Source: Deltaproteobacteria bacterium (GTDB lineage Bacteria > Myxococcota_A > Polyangia > Polyangiales > Houyiibacteriaceae). From it: a stretch of DNA of 19,022 nt. This document shows, in pieces, positions 1 through 7,723 of this stretch. How positions within the stretch are numbered: position 1 is the first letter of the stretch; each line of letters starts with the position of its first letter. A program made the position numbers and the translations under genes. The notes under the pieces were generated by a model that was given only the letters and a program-made list of their open reading frames with translations, was not told where the DNA came from and ran no database searches. The DNA lies in assembly GCA_034670305.1 (NCBI GenBank), contig JAXMNT010000084.1, forward strand, positions 1-19,022, in the 5' to 3' direction.

Positions 1-1
1 C

Positions 2-40
2 GCGATGCTCGTCGCGCTGATCAAGCGATCTGACCGCTGA
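2..40 (+). CDS. 3' end of a gene entering from the left (..AMLVALIKRSDR*)
   Basis: Open frame from 2 to TGA at 38-40, followed by a repeat tract and a hairpin; too short to identify. Confidence 0.4.
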   Translation, partial: AMLVALIKRSDR

Positions 41-45
41 TCCGC

Positions 46-79
46 GGGCAAGGGCAAAGGCAAGGGCAGGGGCAAGGGG
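46..79 (+). repeat. (GGGCAR)n degenerate tandem tract
   Basis: gggcaa gggcaaa ggcaa gggcag gggcaa gggg read directly. Confidence 0.85.
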
Positions 80-124
80 CAGGCTGCGAGAACGCCCTGC
101 GGGCGTTCTTCAGCAACCTGCTAG
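79..124. terminator. Hairpin between convergent genes; possible terminator and/or minimal IS-end remnant
   Basis: AGAACGCCC(89-97)-TGC-GGGCGTTCT(101-109) is a perfect stem, with outer imperfect arms GCAGGCTGC / GCAACCTGC, ending in CTAG (121-124). Confidence 0.6.
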
Positions 125-516
125 GGGTCGGTGAGGACGACGGTGGGGGGGAGGATGGATTCGCGTTCGGGGTGGATGGCTTGCCACTCGAGGCGGAAGT
201 CGCCGATGCCGATGACGTCGCCGACCGAGAGCGTGTGCGCGTCGGTCAGGGGTTCGCCGTTCATCTTGGTGCCGTTGCGGCTCTCGAGATCCGTGACCAC
301 CCAGCCGCCTTCGACGTGGGCGATCTCCGCGTGTCGGCGGGAGGCTTTCTCGGTGTCGAGGTCGAGGTCGACCTTCGAGCCGCGGCCGATCACGAATGGG
401 TACTGGGTGAGGCGCACCTGCCGCCCAGCCACCGAATCCTTGTGGCGGACCACAAGCACGTACTCCATCTCGTCGTCTTCGATCACCGTCGTGTCCACGG
501 ACGAAGTCTGCCACAT
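121..516 (-). CDS. Standalone FHA domain protein (~131 aa)
   Basis: FHA motifs FVIGRG, ASRRHA, DLESRNGT, GDVIGIG. ATG at 516 is preferred over 576. Confidence 0.9.
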   Translation of the reverse strand: MWQTSSVDTTVIEDDEMEYVLVVRHKDSVAGRQVRLTQYPFVIGRGSKVDLDLDTEKASRRHAEIAHVEGGWVVTDLESRNGTKMNGEPLTDAHTLSVGDVIGIGDFRLEWQAIHPERESILPPTVVLTDP

Positions 517-572
517 GCCGCCGAGGTGCCGGAAGTGGTGCCAGTCGATCCGCACCCATCGAATCGCAGCAC

Positions 573-688
573 GCATCCTTCGGATTCGGATCCGGAGCCT
601 GAGGGCAAGGGCAGGGGCAAGGGCAGGGGCAAGGGCGCTGCGGCATCCTCTCCTTCGGATTCGGATTCAGACGCCGAGGGCAAGGGCA
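573..688 (+). repeat. Composite intergenic repeat: two imperfect GCATCC..(TTCGGA)n..(GGGCAR)n units
   Basis: Units start at 573 and 643; the block is flanked by the direct repeat CGAATCGCAG at 560-569 and 689-698. Confidence 0.85.
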
Positions 689-734
689 CGAATCGCAGGT
701 CGCGTCCGCCGCGCCGCTCATGCACCATGCGGCC

Positions 735-1574
735 ATGTCGTGGCGACAGGTGCCCTCCCCGAATGCGTTTCTTCGGCAGACCCACGGGTTCTTTCAACGC
801 GAAGAGCTGCGGGCCGGTCTCGTGCTCTCGTTCGCGTCGTTCGCGGAGCGGGAAGGCGAGGGCTCGCAAGGCAGCCTGAACCTGTTGGAGCGCGAGGGCG
901 AAGTGGTCGGAGCCGCGGTCCGTTCGAGCCGAGGCGCGCTCGCGCTGACCGACCTGAGCGCGGACGATGCAGGCGCGCTCGTGGCCTTCTTCGCGAACTC
1001 CTCCGAGCCGGTCGTGGAAGTCCTCGGACCGCGCGAGACGGTCGACCGATTCGCGCACGCCTGGTCCGAAACCCGCGGTGCGTCGGTGACCGGCGGCATG
1101 GCGCAACGGTTGCTCTCGCTCGACGTCCTGAAGATCCCCGAAGGGCCCGGTCAGATGCGGAACCCCATGGCCACTGAGCGCGACGAGCTCGTCGAATGGG
1201 CGCACGGATTTCATCGCGACGTCGGGCTCACCCTCTACGGCTCGCTCGAGTCGATCGTCGACCGCCACATGCGGGACGAGACCTTGTTCGTCTGGGACGA
1301 AGACGGAGCGATGACCTCGATGGCGGTGGCCACCGCCCGCGGCATTCGCGGCTCGCGCATCGGGTTCGTCTACACGCCCGAGTCGCACCGGCGGGCGGGG
1401 CGGGCCTCGAGGCTCGTGGCGCACCTGGCCCGACACCTGCGCGACGAACAAGGGCGGGCGTTCGTGACCTTGCTGACGCAATCCGAGAACCCCACCAGCA
1501 ACCACGTCTACGAGAACGTGGGCTTCCGATTCGTGGCCGACTTCTCCCAGGTGCGGTTCAGCTACGACGACTGA
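735..1574 (+). CDS. GNAT family N-acetyltransferase
   Basis: C-terminal RIGFVYTPESHRRAGRAS (acetyl-CoA motif A) and NPTSNHVYENVGF. Start is 735 or 720. Confidence 0.9.
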   Translation: MSWRQVPSPNAFLRQTHGFFQREELRAGLVLSFASFAEREGEGSQGSLNLLEREGEVVGAAVRSSRGALALTDLSADDAGALVAFFANSSEPVVEVLGPRETVDRFAHAWSETRGASVTGGMAQRLLSLDVLKIPEGPGQMRNPMATERDELVEWAHGFHRDVGLTLYGSLESIVDRHMRDETLFVWDEDGAMTSMAVATARGIRGSRIGFVYTPESHRRAGRASRLVAHLARHLRDEQGRAFVTLLTQSENPTSNHVYENVGFRFVADFSQVRFSYDD

Positions 1575-1601
1575 ACCGCCCGGACCTGGAAGGCGGTTCA
1601 G
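1571..1601 (+). terminator. Hairpin overlapping the GNAT stop codon
   Basis: CTGAACCGCC(1571-1580)/GGCGGTTCAG(1592-1601), 10-bp stem; no U-tract. Confidence 0.45.
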
Positions 1602-1714
1602 ACGCGGGCCGTTGGTCACCGCAGCGCGGATCGTCATGCACCCGGTCGACGGACCTTGGACGCGGCCGCCCACGGCCCTAGGATTCACCCATCGACCCCG
1701 CAACCCCAGCCGAC

Positions 1715-2125
1715 GTGCCCTTCGAGCGTCTGGTGCTCTTCGATGGCCTGTGCGGTCTCTGCGACAAGTCCGTGCAGTGGCTGCTCGACCACGATCCCGA
1801 AGGCGTCCTGACGTTCACCCCTCTGCAAGGCGAGACCGCCGCCGCGCTGATGGAGCGGATCGAACTCCCGGAGAACCTCGACTCGATCATCTTCATCGAC
1901 CGCACCGACGGAGAAGAGAAAGTCTTCGTGCGCAGCCGCGCCCTGATGCGCATCACGTCGCACCTGCCCGGCGGCTGGCGTCGGCTCTCGTGGCTCCGGA
2001 TCTTCCCCGCGTTTCTGACCGACCTCGGCTACCGGCTCATCGCCGCGATGCGCTACCGCATCTGGGGCAAACGCGACGTCTGCCGGATCCCGAAGCCCGA
2101 AGAGCGCGCCCGCTTTCTGCCCTGA
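1715..2125 (+). CDS. DCC family (DUF393/YuxK-like) thiol-disulfide oxidoreductase
   Basis: N-terminal LFDGLCGLC (DxxCxxC), FTPLQG, D.GYR.IA..RYRIWGK...C..P....RF. Confidence 0.92.
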   Translation: MPFERLVLFDGLCGLCDKSVQWLLDHDPEGVLTFTPLQGETAAALMERIELPENLDSIIFIDRTDGEEKVFVRSRALMRITSHLPGGWRRLSWLRIFPAFLTDLGYRLIAAMRYRIWGKRDVCRIPKPEERARFLP

Positions 2126-2276
2126 GTTCGGCCTCGGCCTCTGCGTCGGCTTCGGCCGGGGCCGCGTCGGCACCGAATCCGAATCCGAAGGAGAGGATGC
2201 GCGGTTCCCGTGCCCGTGCCCGTGCCCGTGGTTTGTCGGCCGAAGCCGATCCCGAAACTCAGGATCCGTGGCCGTG
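2126..2276. repeat. Composite intergenic repeat with inverted arms
   Basis: TCGGC-type hexamers, GAATCCGAATCCGAAGGAGAGGATGC (2175-2200), (CCCGTG)4 at 2207-2230. Confidence 0.8.
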
Positions 2277-2278
2277 GT

Positions 2279-2719
2279 TCAGCCCTGGCGGGACTCGGCG
2301 CGTTCTTTGAGCGCCTGGTTCACCTGCGCGTAGGCCTTCTGGATCCGCGGTTCGAGCAACCGCCACGGCAGCGCGAAGAGCGGTCCGCCGAAGTCTTCGC
2401 CATGGACCACGTCGACCGACCCTTCGTCCACCGACTGGATGCGGAAGAAGTGTTCTCCGCGGGCGAGCGGCGTCTGCAGCTTGTTGCGCGGCCCCTTCCA
2501 GCGAAGCTCGCGTCCGTCTGCCCGCACGATGCGCGCGGCGATCGGCGCGTTGATCTTGCCGAGCCTCAACGTGAAGTCGATCGGGCCGCCGGGCTCGAGT
2601 CGACTGCGCGGTTTCCGGATGACCGGGTTCCACTCGTCGTACGCATCCAGATCCGAAAGGACCGACCACACCACTTCCGCCGACGCGTCGATGCGCACAC
2701 GGGTCAATACGCTGGGCAT
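2279..2719 (-). CDS. SRPBCC / polyketide cyclase-dehydrase family protein
   Basis: [55 protein letters not shown] at 2719. Confidence 0.9.
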   Translation of the reverse strand: MPSVLTRVRIDASAEVVWSVLSDLDAYDEWNPVIRKPRSRLEPGGPIDFTLRLGKINAPIAARIVRADGRELRWKGPRNKLQTPLARGEHFFRIQSVDEGSVDVVHGEDFGGPLFALPWRLLEPRIQKAYAQVNQALKERAESRQG

Positions 2720-2780
2720 GCGAGAGGTTGTACACCCAGCCCGCACGACTCGCACGCCGCCCGCCCCATCGGCCATCGAC

Positions 2781-2918
2781 TTCGGCTTCGGCGTCGGCGT
2801 CGGCGTCGGCTTCGGCGTCGGCGTCGGCGTCGGCTTCGGCGTCGGCTTCGGCGTCGGGTTCGGATTCGGATTCGGCGTCGGCTTCGGCGTCGGCGTCGGC
2901 GTCGGTTTCGGCTTCCGC
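2781..2918 (+). repeat. 23 x hexamer (KTCGGC) degenerate tandem repeat
   Basis: TTCGGC/GTCGGC/TTCGGA units in unbroken 6-bp phase. Confidence 0.95.
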
Positions 2919-2926
2919 CGGAAGAG

Positions 2927-3742
2927 TCAGCCTGCGAGTGCTTCGTACTCGACCGGGTCGTGCGCGGACACGAGCCGCACGTCCGGGTGCGCCTCGGCGA
3001 GTTCGCGCAGCCGCGCCTGGTTCTGCAGCATCACGCCGAAGTTCTGCGCCACAGCGCGCTGGAAGAACTTGATGCCGGCGGGCGCCCAGGGCTTTGGCGC
3101 GATGGTGCCGCGGAAGAAATAGGCGTCGCCGCAGTGAAGGAGCCAGTGGTCGTCCTGCTGCAGCGCGATGCCCGCGTGGCCGCGCGTGTGGCCGGCGAGC
3201 GGGATCATCAGGATCTCGGGCGGCAGCCCTTCGAGCGAACGCACCGCTTCGAAGCCCTTCCACGGCTCGCCGGAAGGCGTGTACGTGGACCAGGTCGGCC
3301 CATGCGCCCACTGGGTCGCGCGGTAGCGGGTCTTCTCCATGCCGCTCGGGTTCTCGGCCGCGGCCTTCTCGGCGCCGAGCAGGTGCACCGTCGCATCCGG
3401 AAAGTCGCTGAGGCCGCCCGCGTGGTCGAGGTCCAAATGAGTCAACACGATGTGCCGCACGTCTTCGCGCCGGAACCCGAGCGCTTCGACCTGGGTGGCC
3501 GCGGCTTCGAGTGGGTCCATCTTTGCGGAGAGCATGAACCGGCTCGAGCCGAGCCGCTGCGCGGGGGAGGCGATGTCGTCGAGACCGAAGCCGGTGTCCA
3601 CGAGCACGAGCCCGGACAGCTCGGTTTCGATCAACAGACAGTGACAGATCAGAAGGCCGCGGGAGAACACGCTCCCCTTGCCGCTCAGGAGTCGTCCGCC
3701 GACGGGACACATGGTCCCGCAGTTGAGGTGGTGCACCTTCAT
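2927..3742 (-). CDS. MBL-fold metallo-hydrolase
   Basis: LVDTG, THLDLDHAGG (HxDxDH variant), GHTRGH, GDAY, SAHD. Start is 3742 or 3748. Confidence 0.93.
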   Translation of the reverse strand: MKVHHLNCGTMCPVGGRLLSGKGSVFSRGLLICHCLLIETELSGLVLVDTGFGLDDIASPAQRLGSSRFMLSAKMDPLEAAATQVEALGFRREDVRHIVLTHLDLDHAGGLSDFPDATVHLLGAEKAAAENPSGMEKTRYRATQWAHGPTWSTYTPSGEPWKGFEAVRSLEGLPPEILMIPLAGHTRGHAGIALQQDDHWLLHCGDAYFFRGTIAPKPWAPAGIKFFQRAVAQNFGVMLQNQARLRELAEAHPDVRLVSAHDPVEYEALAG

Positions 3743-3805
3743 CGTCATCGGGCAGTCATGCCTTGATCCCGCCGCTGCGTCGACCCCGTCGACCAGGAGC
3801 CGGCC

Positions 3806-5635
3806 TCAGAACTCCGCCGTCACCCGAAACGGCTCGGTGTCCACCGGGCCCTCGCCATCGGCGAGCGCCGCCTTGAGGCCGACAAGCGGCGCCTCCATCG
3901 GCTCGATCGCAAGTCCCCGCTCCACGGCGAGACCCGCCGCGGTGCGGTGGCCGGTCGCAGCGAGGAAGAGTGCGTCTTGGTAGTGCCGCCAGAGCAGCTG
4001 CCGGCGGGTCTCGGGATCGGTGGGCTCCCCGAGCACCCGGTAGAACTCACTCCAGCGCGCTTCTTGCGCCGCGGCCCCTTCGCGCTGGTCGGCGTCGGTC
4101 GCACCGCCCGCGAGCACCCGGTGCCACACGCCGTCGGGCACCAGCGTGTCGTAGAGCGCCGGCGGCACCCGCGGGTCGAGTTCGATCAGCAGCGGCCGCT
4201 CCGCCGCGAGGGACTGCAGATCCGGCTGGCGGAGTTCTCCGCGCAGCATGTACGCGCGCAGCAGCTCGCGAAGTTCCGGGTGCGCCTCGGTCAAGCCGTC
4301 CGCCAGGCCTGGGTAGGGCAGGAACGGCACCGGCACCACGGTCACGTCCGGCCGGAGCCGCTCGGCCGATTCGCCGCCCCAGTACCGAAAGATGCTGTGC
4401 GGGTTGAAGAGCACGAGCACCGCGTTCGCGGGCAGCTCGCGGCGCATCACGTCGTCGATCGCGTCGGTGTCGCGAAAGCTCGCGAGCGAGGCGCGCGGCG
4501 CGGTCTGCGCGAGCGAGAACGCGGAGCCGACGAGCACCAGCGCCGCCACGCCCTGCGAGAGCCACGTGCGACCGACGATCTTGCAGACGACCACCAAGAA
4601 CGCGCCGGCCAAGACGACCACCGCGCCGAGCGCCGGCATCAGGTACCCGAGCGCGTCCGGGTTGTCGCGCACGAAACCAAGCCACGCCCGCGCACTCACG
4701 AAGACGATCAACACGAGCGCCCAGACCAGCCCGAGCCGCCGCGACGACTTGAGCCGGAGCACCGCATAGAGGCCGCCGAGCGCGAGCAGGATCGGCGCCC
4801 AGTGCAGGCTCTCGACCAAGCAGATCGCGACGTCCGCGAACCGCTCCCCGAGCGGCTGCGGCACCCCGCCGCCCTGGTTCTTCTGAAACGCCTCCGCGCT
4901 GACCACCCACCAGAACTTCGCCAGGGTGTCCGGGGTGCCGAGCGCCAAGGTCGCGCTGTGCGCGCGGAGCGGCAGGTACGCGTAGGTCGTGAGTCCGAGG
5001 AATCCGAAGCCGGCGACGAACGAGACGCTGCGGCGCCCGTGATCGAGCACCACACGCGCCAGGAGCCCCGCGCCGGCCGGCAAGAGCAGCAGCGCCAAGA
5101 AGTGGTGGTTGGCGAGCGCCAATCCGAGGCTGAAGGCCGCGGTGTAGAGCGGCCTCAGATCCGCCGTCGGCCAGGCGGCCTCGAGCGCGACCAGCCGGTC
5201 GATCGCAACCATGATGAGGAGCGCTTGAAGCGCGTAGACCTCCGGGCGCACGGACTGAAACCACCAGCCGAAACTGCCCGCCGCCGTCCACGCCGCCGCC
5301 ACCGCCAAGAGCGAGGACGCCCGCTGCCCGCTGCCGAGCGAACGGAAGGTCGTGCGGGCGGCGCGGAACAGAAACCCCGCCGCCGCCGCGCCGCAGAACG
5401 CGCTCGCGAGCGCCACCCGGAAGGCGGCGCTGCCGAGGGGCAAGAGCCACACCGCCGCGGTGTGCAGGACCCCCGCGAGCGGATGGCCGGGCGGATGCGC
5501 GATGCCGAAGTCCGCGCCCTGGGCCACGAACTCTCCGCCGTCGAGCCAATAGCCGAACCCCGACGCCGTCGCGAGGAAGGCGGCCAAGGGCACGCCCACC
5601 GCGAGCGCTACCGGCCACCGCGGTTCGGACGACAT
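3806..5635 (-). CDS. DUF2723 / TMEM260-like GT-C membrane glycosyltransferase (~609 aa)
   Basis: WLDGGEF...GIAHPPGHPL, EVYAL, GLALANH, YAYLPLR and many TM segments. ATG at 5635; the upstream EA-repeat extension is treated as intergenic. Confidence 0.85.
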   Translation of the reverse strand: MSSEPRWPVALAVGVPLAAFLATASGFGYWLDGGEFVAQGADFGIAHPPGHPLAGVLHTAAVWLLPLGSAAFRVALASAFCGAAAAGFLFRAARTTFRSLGSGQRASSLLAVAAAWTAAGSFGWWFQSVRPEVYALQALLIMVAIDRLVALEAAWPTADLRPLYTAAFSLGLALANHHFLALLLLPAGAGLLARVVLDHGRRSVSFVAGFGFLGLTTYAYLPLRAHSATLALGTPDTLAKFWWVVSAEAFQKNQGGGVPQPLGERFADVAICLVESLHWAPILLALGGLYAVLRLKSSRRLGLVWALVLIVFVSARAWLGFVRDNPDALGYLMPALGAVVVLAGAFLVVVCKIVGRTWLSQGVAALVLVGSAFSLAQTAPRASLASFRDTDAIDDVMRRELPANAVLVLFNPHSIFRYWGGESAERLRPDVTVVPVPFLPYPGLADGLTEAHPELRELLRAYMLRGELRQPDLQSLAAERPLLIELDPRVPPALYDTLVPDGVWHRVLAGGATDADQREGAAAQEARWSEFYRVLGEPTDPETRRQLLWRHYQDALFLAATGHRTAAGLAVERGLAIEPMEAPLVGLKAALADGEGPVDTEPFRVTAEF

Positions 5636-5693
5636 GCGGCGGCGAGCATAGCGCAAACGAACCCGAGGACCCCTGGAAGCTGCGGGTTCCGGC

Positions 5694-6011
5694 GCTTCCG
5701 CTTCCGGGACCGCTTCCGCTTCGGCTTCCGCTTCCGCTTCCGCTTCCGCTTCGGGCGTCGGCTTCGGGATCGGCGCGGCTTCGGATTCGGCTTCGGATTC
5801 GGCGTCGGCTTCGGCGTCGGCTTCGGATGCGGCTTCGGCTTCGGATTCGGATTCGGCTTCGGCGTCGGGGTCGGCCTCCGCTTCCGCTTCCGCTTCCGCT
5901 TCCGCTTCCGCTTCCGCTTCCGCTTCCGGGACCGCTTCCGCTTCCGGGACCGCTTCCGCTTCCGCTTCCGTTTCCGCTTCCGCTTCCGCTTCGGCTTCGG
6001 CTTCCGCTTCC
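5694..6011 (+). repeat. 318-bp degenerate hexamer tract (GCTTCC/GCTTCG/GCGTCG/GATTCG)
   Basis: Read directly; lies between divergent genes. Confidence 0.95.
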
Positions 6012-6053
6012 GAGCGGCTCGACGGTTCCTGGATCGGGGCCCATGAAGCCCGG

Positions 6054-7631
6054 ATGAGCAAGGTGACGGACGCAGTCGACGACCTGGCGCTTCCTCCGGA
6101 GCAGCCAAAGCGCGGCATGGTCGCAACCTCCCACCCGCTCGCCGCGAAGGCCGCGCGAGACGTGTTGGATGCGGGCGGCAGCGCAGTGGACGCTGCGGTG
6201 ACGGCGGCGGCGCTGTTGACCGTGGTCGATCCGATGAGCACTTCGCTCGGCGGCGACGGCTTCGCGCTCGTCTGGGACGCGGAGAAGCGCGCGCTTCATG
6301 GACACAACGGATCGGGACGCGCCCCGGCCCTGGCCAGCATCGAGGCGCTTCAAGCGCTCGGACACGCGCACATGCCCACCCACGGGTGGCTGCCGGTCAC
6401 GGTGCCCGGCGTGGTCGAACACTGGGCCGCGCTGATCGAGAAGTTCGGACGACGCACCTTCCGACAGGCGCTCGAGCCGGCCCGGGCGACGGCCGAGCAG
6501 GGGTTCGAGGTCACCCCGGTCGTCGCGCGCGACTGGAAGCGCGCTGCGCTTCCCACAGACCATCCCTCGCCCTACCTCCCGGTGCCCGCCGCCGGGGCGC
6601 GCCACCAGCAACCCGAGCTCGCCGCGACCTTGCAGACGCTGCAGGAAGAAGGCTGGGAGTCGATGTACCGAGGCTCGGTCGCCGCCCGAATCGCGAACGC
6701 GAGCGAAGCGGCGAAGGGCTGGCTGCGCGCCGAAGACCTCGCGTCCCACGAGGGCAGCTGGGTGGCGCCACTCGAAGGCGTCTACCGAGGGCACCGCGTC
6801 GCGCAGCTGCCGCCGAACGGTCAGGGCATCGTCGTGCTCGAAGCGCTCGGCATGCTCGACGAGTTTCCGCTCTCGACGATGCCCGAAGAAGAGCGCACCC
6901 ATCTGCAGATCGAAGCGATCAAACGCGCGTTCGAAGATGGCCTCGCGCACGTCGGCGACCCGGACCATTCGTATGTGGACGACCTGCTCTCGTTCGACCA
7001 CCTCGAAACACGCGCCAACTCGATCGAAGACCGCGCGGCGACGATCGTACCGAAGGGCCCTCGGCTCTTCGGAGACACGGTGTACGTCAGCGTGGTCGAC
7101 CCGGACGGCAACGCCTGTTCGCTGATCAACAGCATCTACATGCACTTCGGCGCGCGGGTGACGGTGGACGGCGTGGTGATGCAAAACCGAGGGCATCTCT
7201 TCTCGGTGGACCCTGCGCATCCCGGCGCGCTCGGCCCGGGCCGGCGCCCCTACCACACGATCCTGCCGGCGATGGTGTTCCGCCACGACGCGCCGTGGAT
7301 CGTCTTCGGCGTCGTCGGCGGGCCGCAACAACCGCAGGCGCAAGTACAGTTGCTGGTGAAGATGATCGACCTCGGCATGGCGCCGCAGGACGCGGTCGAC
7401 GCGCCCCGCTTCCGGTGGATGGGCGGCCGACGCGTCGCGCTCGAAACCGGCACGCCCAAGGCGTTGCGGGAAGCGCTCGCCGCACGCGGTCACGACATCG
7501 CCGACGACGCTTCGACCTTCGGCTACGGCGGCGCCCAGGTCGTCTTCATGGACGTCGACGGACCCAAGGGCGCCAGCGACCCCCGCAAAGACGGAGTCGC
7601 CCTCGAAGTCATCCGCGAACCCGCGACCTGA
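6054..7631 (+). CDS. ggt: Gamma-glutamyltransferase family protein, no signal peptide
   Basis: GMVATSHPLA, GGSAVDAAV, GGDGF, VTVPG, PPNGQG, GD-TVYVSVVD (Thr nucleophile), RPYHTILP, GASDPRKDG. Confidence 0.95.
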   Translation: MSKVTDAVDDLALPPEQPKRGMVATSHPLAAKAARDVLDAGGSAVDAAVTAAALLTVVDPMSTSLGGDGFALVWDAEKRALHGHNGSGRAPALASIEALQALGHAHMPTHGWLPVTVPGVVEHWAALIEKFGRRTFRQALEPARATAEQGFEVTPVVARDWKRAALPTDHPSPYLPVPAAGARHQQPELAATLQTLQEEGWESMYRGSVAARIANASEAAKGWLRAEDLASHEGSWVAPLEGVYRGHRVAQLPPNGQGIVVLEALGMLDEFPLSTMPEEERTHLQIEAIKRAFEDGLAHVGDPDHSYVDDLLSFDHLETRANSIEDRAATIVPKGPRLFGDTVYVSVVDPDGNACSLINSIYMHFGARVTVDGVVMQNRGHLFSVDPAHPGALGPGRRPYHTILPAMVFRHDAPWIVFGVVGGPQQPQAQVQLLVKMIDLGMAPQDAVDAPRFRWMGGRRVALETGTPKALREALAARGHDIADDASTFGYGGAQVVFMDVDGPKGASDPRKDGVALEVIREPAT

Positions 7632-7723
7632 GCGTCGGGCACGTGCCGATGCGGCGCGAATCCAGGACGTCTCGCCGCGCGAGCCGACATGCGTACCCGC
7701 GGATGCACGCGCCCTGGTAGACT

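Noticed and set aside
5636-6241. EA-repeat N-terminal extension of the DUF2723 ORF (811 aa call)
   Set aside because: The upstream starts lie inside ggt on the opposite strand. The extension is the stop-free hexamer tract; ATG 5635 directly precedes the first TM helix.
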